IMG/VR virus record: IMGVR_UViG_3300032312_001422
Coordinates: 96,001 to 160,000 of that record
Direction: 5' to 3' (one strand)
Origin: a virus
Taxonomy: Duplodnaviria > Caudoviricetes
Length of the DNA: 64,000 nucleotides
Shown one piece after another: positions 28,608-38,323 of the stretch; the stretch's first letter is position 1; each line of letters opens with the position of its first letter. The position numbers and the translations under genes are program-made. The notes beneath the pieces are model-generated. The model saw only the letters and a list, made by a program, of their open reading frames with translations. It was not told where the DNA came from and ran no database searches.

Positions 28608-30005
28608 ATGTTTATAAATGAATTAGCAGAACGTCGTGTTGTTGTTATTTTTTGTGGAAGATTCCAGCCCTTCCATCGTGGTCACGCAATAGTCTATAAT
28701 AACCTAGTCAGCACATACGGACGTAATAACGTTTATATTGGCACTAGTGGCAAAGTAGACCCCCCAAAAAGCCCTTTTACACTATCCGATCGAATTTATT
28801 TTATGAATTTGATGGGGATTCCTTCTGATCGCATATTACAGTTATCAAATAATTATAACCCTGCGGTAGCAGCAGAAGCATTGGGCATACAAGATCTCAG
28901 CAATACTGTTATGATCTTCCCTGTAAGTCAAAAAGATGTTGACGAAAAGCCTAGTTTATTTGCCCGTGGTACCAACAAAGACGGCTCACCAGCAAAACTA
29001 CAACCGCTACCCGACGATCAACGTCAAATTGAAAGTGCAGACAAACACGCATACATTCAAGTCGTTGACGTAGAGCCATTTGAAGTATTGGGACAATCCA
29101 TTACAGGTGCTACAAGCATTAGAGATTTGTACGGTAAAGCCGATAAAACACAACGCCAACAAATAATCAAAGATTTATACGGCAAATACACAAACGAAGC
29201 AGAAAAGATTATGAATGATAATCTTTTACCATCCGTTGCTGTGGCTCCTACACCATTACCCAACAAAACCAAACTACAAAAAGTCACAGTACCCAAAGAA
29301 GAACCTGTTGCAGAAGCAGTCAGTCATTTTGTTCCTACCCAGACAACCAACAAAAGTGAACACGGTTATTACAAACTGTTGGCACATCGTTACAAAAAGA
29401 ATCCTGGTTTGTTGAGTGCCAAAGAAAAACAAGAACTACATGATTTTGTAAACAGCTTAAAAACTGTTAAAGAAGCTGAACCAGCAAGTGAAAACTTCAA
29501 TCGTGCTGGCAATAATCCGTTACGTGACAAAAATGATTACCATCAAAAACTAGACTATTTACAGAAACAGTTAATGAATCCTGCATTGAGAGACATGCGT
29601 GATCAAATCAACGATAGAATTGCCCAGCTTCAAAAGGCTGCTCGCATGAGTGGTTTTATCAGTGAAGATGCTGGTGGAGTTGGTGTAGTTGCCAGTAAAA
29701 AGCAAGCTCGCGATCCACGATACAGTACAAGTTTGACCAAGGATGTACAACCAGGTGCAATTAAAAAAAGTCTACGTGCTTTTAATTTGGCCGAAGAAGA
29801 TATTGTGTGGGCCCGCAATAGATTGAGCGAAAGCGAATTTGAAAATATGATTCTAGCACACATCAAATATATCGGCCAAGACATTGATGCTATCAAAGAA
29901 CGTATTGCTACAGAAAAGTTGCCGGCGGACTATGTGGCCAAATTAAAACAAAAAATTGCTGATCTTGAGCAACAACGTGTTAAATTGATGTTTGATCCCA
30001 AATGA
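28608..30005 (+). CDS. Cytidylyltransferase-like (HxGH) domain protein with multi-segment C-terminus
   Basis: GRFQPFHRGH; GATSIR; TAAATA at 28584-28589. Confidence 0.7.
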   Translation: MFINELAERRVVVIFCGRFQPFHRGHAIVYNNLVSTYGRNNVYIGTSGKVDPPKSPFTLSDRIYFMNLMGIPSDRILQLSNNYNPAVAAEALGIQDLSNTVMIFPVSQKDVDEKPSLFARGTNKDGSPAKLQPLPDDQRQIESADKHAYIQVVDVEPFEVLGQSITGATSIRDLYGKADKTQRQQIIKDLYGKYTNEAEKIMNDNLLPSVAVAPTPLPNKTKLQKVTVPKEEPVAEAVSHFVPTQTTNKSEHGYYKLLAHRYKKNPGLLSAKEKQELHDFVNSLKTVKEAEPASENFNRAGNNPLRDKNDYHQKLDYLQKQLMNPALRDMRDQINDRIAQLQKAARMSGFISEDAGGVGVVASKKQARDPRYSTSLTKDVQPGAIKKSLRAFNLAEEDIVWARNRLSESEFENMILAHIKYIGQDIDAIKERIATEKLPADYVAKLKQKIADLEQQRVKLMFDPK

Positions 30006-30274
30006 AACAACACCTAATAACCGCCGATGTATATGCTCAGTGGGGTGAAGCTAGTCCAAGCTATAGAATATATGTCAACAATCATTTGTTAACAGAACGT
30101 GATTTTGGTTGGCCCGGACATGAAGTTTTTATAAGAGAAAACATTGTGGTTGATCTCAACCCTGGGGTTCATCGACTGCGTATAGAACAAATAGGCAACA
30201 ACGGCAAGATACAAGTCAAAAACATCACAGTGGACGGAGCACCTTCTACACTTACGTTTACTGTAACAGAATAA
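30002..30274 (+). CDS. Hypothetical protein
   Basis: ATGA-coupled 90-aa ORF. Confidence 0.65.
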   Translation: MKQHLITADVYAQWGEASPSYRIYVNNHLLTERDFGWPGHEVFIRENIVVDLNPGVHRLRIEQIGNNGKIQVKNITVDGAPSTLTFTVTE

Positions 30275-30298
30275 ATACACTTAACACGGAAAAACACA

Positions 30299-30484
30299 AT
30301 GAAAAGCTCTGAATTTATTAAAACTTTAAAAGAAAATGCATCTGGTGGCGCTACAGGTTCGTCTAGCGTGGCCACTGTCTCTACAGGGCTAGGCGGGGCT
30401 ACTACAGATCTTATTAAGCGTCAAAAGTCCTACAGCAATCAAAAAACTCCAGGCGGCACAGTCAAGGTTAAAAAGGCCAAATAA
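30299..30484 (+). CDS. Small basic protein, putative capsid-internal
   Basis: MKSSEFIKTLKE leader; TAAATA at 30272-30277. Confidence 0.6.
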   Translation: MKSSEFIKTLKENASGGATGSSSVATVSTGLGGATTDLIKRQKSYSNQKTPGGTVKVKKAK

Positions 30485-31089
30485 TGGATAATAATTTTTA
30501 TAAAATTCTTGAATCATTCAAGCGTGTAAACGAAGGCCAAGTGAAACAAATGCTTTGGGATTTGTCCGATCGTATGAGTCGTGAGCAATTTATCAATTAC
30601 ACCACTAGTGAATTGGGCTACGATGCTGATGAAATGGCCGAATTCTGGGACGGTATACATGGTCCAATGGATGATGCCAACGAAGGTACAGAAACTGAAT
30701 GTGGCATACCAATGAGTTTAACAGATAAACTACGTGCTCGTTGGGAACAAACCAAACAAGAAAAAGGTCTACAAGAATACGGTATGACCACAGGCGGAAC
30801 ACAGAACCCTGGCGCACAGGCTACACCAGCTGATCTAGCCAAACAAACCGCTACTGTGCAACAAGGTGTTAACAAATTAAAAAGTGCTGGTGTAAATATT
30901 CCCAGTGGATCACAGGCTGTGCAAAGTCTAATGAAAGATCCTGTCAACGATCCTGTGTCACAGTTGGATAAAAATGTTGATGCTGGACTTGGGCAAGAAG
31001 TACAGAATATTGTGACCAAAGGTCAGCCAAATGATGTAAATCAGTTGGCGGCGTTAATTAAAAAAGTTAATCAGCAAAGTGGAACGTAA
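30484..31089 (+). CDS. Hypothetical protein, putative capsid-internal
   Basis: TAATG coupling; ILE/VNE/LQE segment boundaries. Confidence 0.65.
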   Translation: MDNNFYKILESFKRVNEGQVKQMLWDLSDRMSREQFINYTTSELGYDADEMAEFWDGIHGPMDDANEGTETECGIPMSLTDKLRARWEQTKQEKGLQEYGMTTGGTQNPGAQATPADLAKQTATVQQGVNKLKSAGVNIPSGSQAVQSLMKDPVNDPVSQLDKNVDAGLGQEVQNIVTKGQPNDVNQLAALIKKVNQQSGT

Positions 31090-31091
31090 AA

Positions 31092-33224
31092 ATGTTTGTA
31101 TTTGATTTGTTTGAAAAGAAAAAACAAGATAGAGCCGCCGGCAGATTTGTAGGCGGTACTAGCCAAGATGCACGAGTTAAAAATGCTCTCGACAATGCCT
31201 ATCGTGCAGTACCTGCTGCCAAAAGCCCTGAAGAGGCTGCACTTGGATATATCGACATACAAAACAGCTTGAATCAAAAACAAGATCAAGTTCTTGATCA
31301 ACAAACCAAAACAAACCAACAACAAACTCAACAAATCAACGATCTGGTCAACGACATGCGTCGTAAAGAAAAAGACTTTAGAGATCTAAATGCTCAGATA
31401 GCCAGCATGCCCAACGTGACACCACAACAAGCAGCCAAGATGGCACAAGATATTGAAGCTGCACACAGCTCTAACAAAGGCGAACCGGTTGACGTTTCAA
31501 ACGTGGTTGCAAAACAAACAACAGCACAACCTGCTAAAAAAGTTGCTGCTCCTGGTCCAGGTGCCAGTGTATCTCAATTGGCCAACTATCAACAGGCCAA
31601 AGATCAAGGCGCAACTACAGCCAAGGCACCGGCACCAACTCCGCAAGCCGTTACTGCACCGCAAGCCGTTACTGCACCACAAGCCGCTCCTGAGCCTACC
31701 ACATCCAAAGCACTGGGTCAAATGACATCTCAATTGGCAACACCTGGGCGAGTAGTCAGTCCTGCACAACAACTAGCACAGTATCAAGAGCCAGCTGGTA
31801 CCGCCACCTGGGCCGCAAATCAACCCACAGTTGAACCAAAGCCTACAACAGGTGCTGGAAAAGTAAAAGATCTAGGCACAGCAAGACAACAAAAAGCTTC
31901 TAGTTTGCTTTCATTGGTTGGCGACCCTAAAGTTGTAAATCTTAGAGAAACAATTGAATCAACACCGTTCAACAATCAGGTGGCACAAGATAATTTACAA
32001 AAATTTGTTAATGCTTATGTGGCAAATCATGATACTGTTGATGTAGATTCTCCTGGTAGTGTTCGACCAATCATAATTAAACGCAAGCAGATTAGAGGTG
32101 TTATGAACATCCTATCCAACATGCCTGACTCAGAAAACAAAAAAACATTGGTATTGAACTTGTTTAGTAATCCTGCATATTTGTTACAGTTTATCCACGA
32201 ATATCTTACCAACAAGGGCGAGAATGTTCCTCCGGTCAGCAATAATCCAGTTCAAGGCGAATTAGAAGAAGGCGAAGTAGTTCCAATGACTCAAGATCAG
32301 TCTGTTCTACAGGCATACAATGATGTTCTTGAAATACTAAAAGCAAGTAAAACTAAACAACCTGATGTTGTTACTATGATGCGTCAAGACTGGGCCAGTC
32401 GTTATAAACAACGTTTCCAAATCAGCACAGCACCAGACGGTAATTACTACATGCTTGATAAAACAACTAACCAACGTCATAGATTACCAGATCCACGTAC
32501 ATTCCCCATGGAAGAAGATTCGTGGCACAACGGTCAAAACTCCTGGAGCAGTGAGCACGACCAATGGGCCAAAGAAAGCGTTGAAGAAACACGTTTGACA
32601 GTGGGTGATCCTGTGGTTGTTACTGCACCAAATGAATACGAAGGCAAGACCGGCGAGATTAGCGAGTTTAGTCCAAGTGGTAAGTTCGTCATTGTCGACC
32701 TGTATAACTACGGCGAACACAGCATGCACCTGAGTGATGTTGAATACAACAAATACGCTGACGAAGAAGTAGACGAAGGCTGGAGTGATGCAATGGTTTC
32801 TCGAAGAACAGGCACGCCACGTACACCTTACTCGGTTTATATCAAAGGTAAAAAATGGAAAGACTTTTCTAATGACGATCACGCAGAAGCCGTAGCAAAC
32901 AAATTACGAGCCAAGTTCAAGGCCGACGGACGTGATCCCAGTGTTATTACCATTGCCCCCACAGATATTCCGGAAGGTGTAGCGGAAGGTCAAACTGATT
33001 ACCAAAAGCGTAGACAGCGTGAGCGTGATGTAGATGCTGGTAAACCTGTTAGCCGCCAACCCCGGAACCCACAGACTGATTACGCTAAAAAACGTGCCAA
33101 GGAAAAACGTGACTTGGAGCAGTTTGGCGAAACTACCAACTACTGGACTAGACTACAGAATGAACGTAATACAAAAATTGCCAGTCTAGTAAATGAATTA
33201 AAAGAAAGCATTGAGAAAAAATAA
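31092..33224 (+). CDS. Large mosaic low-complexity protein, putative capsid-internal polyprotein
   Basis: Coiled-coil N-terminus, Ala/Pro/Gln linker, short modules separated by x-x-E sites. Confidence 0.7.
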   Translation: MFVFDLFEKKKQDRAAGRFVGGTSQDARVKNALDNAYRAVPAAKSPEEAALGYIDIQNSLNQKQDQVLDQQTKTNQQQTQQINDLVNDMRRKEKDFRDLNAQIASMPNVTPQQAAKMAQDIEAAHSSNKGEPVDVSNVVAKQTTAQPAKKVAAPGPGASVSQLANYQQAKDQGATTAKAPAPTPQAVTAPQAVTAPQAAPEPTTSKALGQMTSQLATPGRVVSPAQQLAQYQEPAGTATWAANQPTVEPKPTTGAGKVKDLGTARQQKASSLLSLVGDPKVVNLRETIESTPFNNQVAQDNLQKFVNAYVANHDTVDVDSPGSVRPIIIKRKQIRGVMNILSNMPDSENKKTLVLNLFSNPAYLLQFIHEYLTNKGENVPPVSNNPVQGELEEGEVVPMTQDQSVLQAYNDVLEILKASKTKQPDVVTMMRQDWASRYKQRFQISTAPDGNYYMLDKTTNQRHRLPDPRTFPMEEDSWHNGQNSWSSEHDQWAKESVEETRLTVGDPVVVTAPNEYEGKTGEISEFSPSGKFVIVDLYNYGEHSMHLSDVEYNKYADEEVDEGWSDAMVSRRTGTPRTPYSVYIKGKKWKDFSNDDHAEAVANKLRAKFKADGRDPSVITIAPTDIPEGVAEGQTDYQKRRQRERDVDAGKPVSRQPRNPQTDYAKKRAKEKRDLEQFGETTNYWTRLQNERNTKIASLVNELKESIEKK
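31641..31686 (+). repeat. 18-nt coding tandem repeat (PQAVTA)
   Basis: ccgcaagccgttactgca twice plus partial third copy. Confidence 0.85.
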
Positions 33225-33658
33225 TGGAACAATTAATCAAAGCGGCCAAGATTGGCTTTGCCAGCGAATACACTTTTTATCTAAAAGCACACTACTTTCA
33301 TTGGAACGTGGAAGGCCCAGACTTCAGCCAACTGCATGATCTATTTGGAAAAATCTACGAAGAAGTGTATGGTGCTATCGATCCATTTGCTGAAAAAATT
33401 CGTGCTATGGGAACCTATGCGCCAGGCTCCAGCAGCAGATTCAACATGCTGAGCCGCATAGAAGATGAAACCAGCATACTTCCAGCCGAAGCCATGGTAC
33501 AAGAATTACTACAAGATTCAGACAACATGGTCAAACTACTGAAACGAGTTTATGATGTTGCCGAAGCGGCAGGCGAGCATGGTTTCTCAAACTTCCTTGC
33601 GGAACGTATGGATGCTCATAGAAAACATAGTTGGATGCTACGTGCCACAGCAAAATGA
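33224..33658 (+). CDS. dps: Dps family ferritin-like DNA-protection protein
   Basis: AHYFHWNVEGPDFSQLHDLF..IYEE...D..AEKIR; HRKHSWML. Confidence 0.92.
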   Translation: MEQLIKAAKIGFASEYTFYLKAHYFHWNVEGPDFSQLHDLFGKIYEEVYGAIDPFAEKIRAMGTYAPGSSSRFNMLSRIEDETSILPAEAMVQELLQDSDNMVKLLKRVYDVAEAAGEHGFSNFLAERMDAHRKHSWMLRATAK

Positions 33659-34143
33659 AAATTAACGAAGTTTTTTCACCCCTAGATGAAAAGTGGAGCC
33701 GGAAATACAAAAGCTCTATCAACTGTGCCAGCCCAAAAGGATTTAGTCAACGAGCTCATTGTGCGGGTCGTAAGAAGAATGAATCCAAAGAACACACAGT
33801 CAACAACTTTGTTCACAAGTTTGCCCCTTGGGTGGCCGAACAGCTGGATATCAAACAGTTACCCAAAATAGAATTGTTGGACAAGCCAATGAACACCAGC
33901 TTTGGCACCTACGATGCCGACAACAACTGTTTGTATCTGGTCACTGCCGGACGTCATCCCATTGATGTGTTGCGTACTCTAGCACATGAACTCACACACC
34001 ACAAACAAAATTTGGCTGGGCAGTTGGATGCAAACTCCGGCGACACTGGCACCGACGAAGAAAACGAAGCCAATGCCAATGCTGGCATAGTCATGCGTGA
34101 TTTTGCAAGTGCCAATCCAGAATACTTTGGGCAAGACAAATGA
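33655..34143 (+). CDS. Protein with HEXXH zinc metallopeptidase-like domain
   Basis: LRTLAHELTHHKQ with downstream ENEANA; N-terminal small Cys module; start moved to ATG 33655. Confidence 0.6.
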   Translation: MKINEVFSPLDEKWSRKYKSSINCASPKGFSQRAHCAGRKKNESKEHTVNNFVHKFAPWVAEQLDIKQLPKIELLDKPMNTSFGTYDADNNCLYLVTAGRHPIDVLRTLAHELTHHKQNLAGQLDANSGDTGTDEENEANANAGIVMRDFASANPEYFGQDK

Positions 34144-34182
34144 ACCCAAACGAATATCCAGTATACCCCGAAGACGACGGCT

Positions 34183-34929
34183 ATGATAATCCAAGAAATC
34201 CTTACAGCCCCGTCTAACGATCCCAGAGAGGAATTAGATACGATACTTGCTAAATGTTGCGAGGCAGTTCTTGACGGTCAAACCGCTGACTCAGAGTTTT
34301 ACGGCATGGTTGGTGCATGTGTGGTATGTCCAGATGGTCAACTAGTATACGGTGTCAACTATCAAGCTGAAGATGGACGTAGAGTACACGCAGAACGTGC
34401 TGCCTTAGAACGGTGTGACAACGTTACGTCAGAATGTATAATTGTTACTACGCTAAGTCCATGCAATCGACCCATGGATGAACGTGTGGGTGAAAGTTGT
34501 GAAGACCTAATTGCCGAATACGGCATTGAACATGTGTATTGTGGATACAAAGATCCCACACAGGAAGGTGATGACAGCATTGAGACTCGCAATGAAAAAC
34601 TACGTGAGCTGTGTAAACGACTGGCCGACACATTCTTAGATGAAGCCCGTAAAAAGAAACGCAAGTCTCGTGGCGGTTACTATGTTGGATATCCTTGGTG
34701 GGGTACATCGGACAGCACTGGCGGTGAAGGTGGAGATGGCGGTGGTATGGCCGAAAATTTTCATGATGGCAAGGTCAAAGGCAAGAGTCGCCCGGGTCGT
34801 GTTAAACGTTCAGGTGCCAGTTGTAACGGATCAGTTACTAGTCTCCGTGCCAAAGCCAAAAAGGCATCAGGCGAACGAGCCAAGATGTATCATTGGTGTG
34901 CCAATATGAAGTCAGGAAAGAAAAAATGA
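34183..34929 (+). CDS. Zinc-dependent deaminase (RibD/CDA fold) fused to a basic C-terminal module
   Basis: VHAERAAL and TTLSPC...ESCEDLI...GIEHVYCGYKDP. Confidence 0.75.
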   Translation: MIIQEILTAPSNDPREELDTILAKCCEAVLDGQTADSEFYGMVGACVVCPDGQLVYGVNYQAEDGRRVHAERAALERCDNVTSECIIVTTLSPCNRPMDERVGESCEDLIAEYGIEHVYCGYKDPTQEGDDSIETRNEKLRELCKRLADTFLDEARKKKRKSRGGYYVGYPWWGTSDSTGGEGGDGGGMAENFHDGKVKGKSRPGRVKRSGASCNGSVTSLRAKAKKASGERAKMYHWCANMKSGKKK

Positions 34930-35984
34930 GAGCAGATGAATTTATAACAGAAAATTTAAAGCAGTGGTTCAAAGACAAATGGGTAAGATTTGGTCCTGAT
35001 GGCAAGATCCGTGGCGACTGTGCTAGAGGATCGAGTAGTGAAGGCAAACCCAAATGCTTGCCACAATCAAAAGCACAAAGTTTGGGCAAAAAAGGTCGTG
35101 CCAGTGCCGCGGCCAAAAAGCGTAGAGAAGATCCAAACCCTGAGCGTCGTGGAGCAGCCAAGAACGTGGCCACTCGAGTCAAAGAAGATGAACTAGACGA
35201 AGCTTGCTGGAAAGGCTACCACAAAGAAGGTATGAAGACCATGTTTGGCAAACGCTACCCTAACTGTGTCAAAAACAAAAATGAAAGTTTAGAAGTGTAC
35301 GTTGATCGTGGCGAATGTCCCGGTTGTGGCGGTGCTATGGTTGCTGAAGATCAAATTGCAGAAAAACAAGACGCTTGCTACCACAAGGTCAAAAGTCGTT
35401 ATAAAGTATGGCCCAGTGCTTATGCATCAGGTGCCTTGGTTCAGTGCCGTAAGAAAGGTGCTGCCAATTGGGGCAACAAATCAAAAAACGAAAGTGTGGA
35501 GAATATGATGGATGAATTAGATAGAATTTTAGAACTTAGCACAGGTGTCAGTGCCAGCGAGCGAGCAGAGTTAGCAGAAGAGTTTGATCTTATTGAGTCA
35601 AACATTGACGATCTTGCTGAACGCAATTCAGTAGATGCAGAAGTGATCTGGGAAGACCTAGAATCACTAACTGATGATGAATTGTATGTGTTTGCAACTA
35701 CAACACCTGTAATGGAAGATTGGCAAAAGGCCAACAAGAAAGATCGTACTGCTGGTATGAGCCAAAAGGCTGTGAACGCTTATCGTAGAGAAAATCCAGG
35801 TTCAAAGTTAAAAACAGCAGTTACTACCAAGCCTAGCAAGTTAAAGCGAGGTAGCAAAGCCTCAAAGCGTCGCAAGAGCTATTGCTCACGTAGCAAGGGT
35901 CAAATGAACATGCACAATATTTCGTGTGCCAAAACTCCAGACAAGGCCATTTGCAAAGCACGACGTCGTTGGAACTGTGAATGA
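34926..35984 (+). CDS. Mosaic protein of small basic Cys-containing modules, putative capsid-internal polyprotein
   Basis: MRADEFITE leader; modules begin after ITE, LDE, IAE, VME; start moved to ATG 34926. Confidence 0.7.
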   Translation: MRADEFITENLKQWFKDKWVRFGPDGKIRGDCARGSSSEGKPKCLPQSKAQSLGKKGRASAAAKKRREDPNPERRGAAKNVATRVKEDELDEACWKGYHKEGMKTMFGKRYPNCVKNKNESLEVYVDRGECPGCGGAMVAEDQIAEKQDACYHKVKSRYKVWPSAYASGALVQCRKKGAANWGNKSKNESVENMMDELDRILELSTGVSASERAELAEEFDLIESNIDDLAERNSVDAEVIWEDLESLTDDELYVFATTTPVMEDWQKANKKDRTAGMSQKAVNAYRRENPGSKLKTAVTTKPSKLKRGSKASKRRKSYCSRSKGQMNMHNISCAKTPDKAICKARRRWNCE

Positions 35985-36619
35985 GTCACATAGTAGCTAA
36001 CTTACCCGCTGTAAAATGTTTTGTTCGTAGAGAGTTTTTGTATGATTTTGAGCAAGGTCACGGTGAATTAGAACCTGTGTGGTGGGTTAGCATTAAAAGT
36101 TTAAGAGGTCAAGCATTCCGTATTGAAAGCTATCTCAATCAGTATGGTGCTTTGTATGACAAACTACCCTTGCATGCCTATTGTTGGAAGCCCATAGAAG
36201 GTGAACCACTACCGTTGGATTACCTACAGTTATGGGACTGTCTCAGTTACGATATCACTGTGATCAAAAAAGCACAACTACAAAGTATGCGTTGCAAGTT
36301 CAAACTCAAGAATGGAGCCTGGATGTCAGGCGAATACATGTTTACTGTGGACTCAGCACATCCAGACTTTAACACACTTGATACTGGCTTCTCAGAAGAT
36401 GTAGAAGATCACAAAAGCTATAACTTTATCCGGTGTGACAACGGACAGTTTGCCGCACAGCCCAACAACAGATTGATCATACTAGAACCCAGTAGCAATC
36501 CTCGAGAACTCAAACAGCCAGACTTTCGGGTATCCACTCGACGCTGGAGTGTGGAAACAGATCCCAAATGGGCTCTTGGCGACACCAATACTGTCATGTA
36601 TGAACAGGTAAAAAATTAA
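35981..36619 (+). CDS. Hypothetical phage protein
   Basis: ATGA-coupled 212-aa ORF. Confidence 0.75.
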   Translation: MSHIVANLPAVKCFVRREFLYDFEQGHGELEPVWWVSIKSLRGQAFRIESYLNQYGALYDKLPLHAYCWKPIEGEPLPLDYLQLWDCLSYDITVIKKAQLQSMRCKFKLKNGAWMSGEYMFTVDSAHPDFNTLDTGFSEDVEDHKSYNFIRCDNGQFAAQPNNRLIILEPSSNPRELKQPDFRVSTRRWSVETDPKWALGDTNTVMYEQVKN

Positions 36620-36624
36620 AACAA

Positions 36625-36722
36625 ATACACTACCTTAGGACGTTATGCGTTACTAGTGTATGCCCGGCTGCTGGGCTAACATATTTGGGAGTCGTGCCCC
36701 GGAATGTATGTTTAAAGTGAGC
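36625..36722 (+). ncRNA. Candidate structured non-coding RNA, family not recognised
   Basis: Intergenic; stems ATACACTA/TAGTGTAT (36625-32/36654-61), GCCC/GGGC (36662-65/36673-76), AACATA/TATGTT (36678-83/36707-12) with inner GGG/CCC. Confidence 0.5.
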
Positions 36723-36764
36723 AATTATTTTTTCTATTAGAGTATTTCAATAAGTATATATTCC

Positions 36765-38291
36765 ATGTTTGACAAAAAAATATTATGCCTGGGCAACAAT
36801 TCTGCCAACACTGACCTGATGGTAAGTGAATTGGCCAAACAGGCCGGTGCTACAAATCATGGTTTAATTGATCAGATTCGCAATATTGAGTTGTTTGGTT
36901 ACTATCATACCACAGTGGCCGATTTAATTCCCGGCGAGATTGTTACTTTATCCGACCAATTTGATCATGTCATGTTATTGGATCAGCCATCGGAATCATG
37001 GTCTCATCCAGTGTTGTTTTCCAAGACCATGCATTTAATTAATATACTCAAAGAATCAAACCATTCTGTACTTTTTCAAAATCCCAAAACAGTAACACAC
37101 TCGACCTTTTTTCAAAATCTATTAGAAACCAACAAAAGTTTTTGCATTTATCCTTTTATACATTTGGTGTCTCGGGGAGATGGCAAAACCCATGTTTGTT
37201 CTAGATCATTCGAACCAGTAGCCGATATCAGCCAAGTCTCTGATTGGCAAAATAATCCCAGTTATCAACAGGTGCGTGAAAGCATGATAGATGGCAAAGC
37301 CTTGCCCAAACATTGTGGCTATTGTTACGATATAGAAAAAAATGGTGGGCGTGGTGCAAGATTCCACGAAACATTGGAGTGGACTTCAAAATTAAATATT
37401 ACCAGTCTAGAAGATCTCAAAAAAATTCAGTCGCCAGTGTATTACGAAATACGACCCAGTAATAAATGCAACATACAATGTAGATCTTGTGTTCCTAGAG
37501 ATAGTCATTTAATTGATCGAGAATTCAAGTCCATTGGCATGACCGGATTTAAAAAAAATACCGGAGACTACAATCAATACACAGGATTTGATATAGTAAA
37601 CATCGATTCTGTTGAACGACTGTATGTGGCTGGCGGCGAGCCTACTGTTATGCCTGAATTGTACGAATTTTTAAGAAAGTGTATAGCACAAGAAAAAACA
37701 AATTTTGAATTTATGATTAATACCAATGCTGCAAAAATTAGTCAGCCCTTAATGGATCTGTTTAAACAGTTTTCACGCTTGGGATTTAGCGTGAGCCTAG
37801 ACGGAGTTGGTGCAGTGAACGACTATATGCGATGGCCATCACAGTTTGATAGCATTGTAAAAAATACACATGCTCTGATTGATCAAGGTCATAGCGTGGC
37901 CTTTATTTCTGTAGTGTCTATATATAACATAACCAGCCTGTACAAATTAATGGAATTTCAAGACCAAGAATTTTATGGCATACCAGTGATGTTGCAATTC
38001 AACACATTCAAAGATGATTTGCAATCTGCTTACAATCACCCCGATACCAAATTGGCATTAGAATCTCTAGAGCGGTGCAAAAAAACCAATGCGTATGTGA
38101 ATTATTCTCGAGGAACCAAAAGTATCATCGATCAACTACATCAGCATTATGCTGGTAATCCCGCGTGTGATTTTGAAAAGTTAAAACAATTTTCAGAATT
38201 TAATGCAAAATTGGATTTATCACGAGGCCATAAACTGGAAGATTATATACCAGAACTTTCAAAAGAGCTCTTGCGTTTTCAAAATAAGTAG
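36765..38291 (+). CDS. Radical SAM protein with auxiliary-cluster (twitch/SPASM-like) segment
   Basis: CNIQCRSC (CX3CX2C), LYVAGGEP, INTNA, VSLDG; upstream FCIYPF...VCSR...CGYC. Confidence 0.85.
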   Translation: MFDKKILCLGNNSANTDLMVSELAKQAGATNHGLIDQIRNIELFGYYHTTVADLIPGEIVTLSDQFDHVMLLDQPSESWSHPVLFSKTMHLINILKESNHSVLFQNPKTVTHSTFFQNLLETNKSFCIYPFIHLVSRGDGKTHVCSRSFEPVADISQVSDWQNNPSYQQVRESMIDGKALPKHCGYCYDIEKNGGRGARFHETLEWTSKLNITSLEDLKKIQSPVYYEIRPSNKCNIQCRSCVPRDSHLIDREFKSIGMTGFKKNTGDYNQYTGFDIVNIDSVERLYVAGGEPTVMPELYEFLRKCIAQEKTNFEFMINTNAAKISQPLMDLFKQFSRLGFSVSLDGVGAVNDYMRWPSQFDSIVKNTHALIDQGHSVAFISVVSIYNITSLYKLMEFQDQEFYGIPVMLQFNTFKDDLQSAYNHPDTKLALESLERCKKTNAYVNYSRGTKSIIDQLHQHYAGNPACDFEKLKQFSEFNAKLDLSRGHKLEDYIPELSKELLRFQNK

Positions 38292-38299
38292 TATATAAT
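38271..38299 (+). promoter_or_regulatory. Sigma70-like promoter TTGCGT-N17-TATAAT with nested TAAGTA
   Basis: Upstream of AGGAG and ATG 38324. Confidence 0.55.
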
Positions 38300-38323
38300 A
38301 TGTTTTTCAACTAGGAGATTCAA

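Noticed and set aside
34183-34929. Riboflavin biosynthesis gene ribD
   Set aside because: No reductase domain and no other rib genes in the window; only the deaminase fold is supported.
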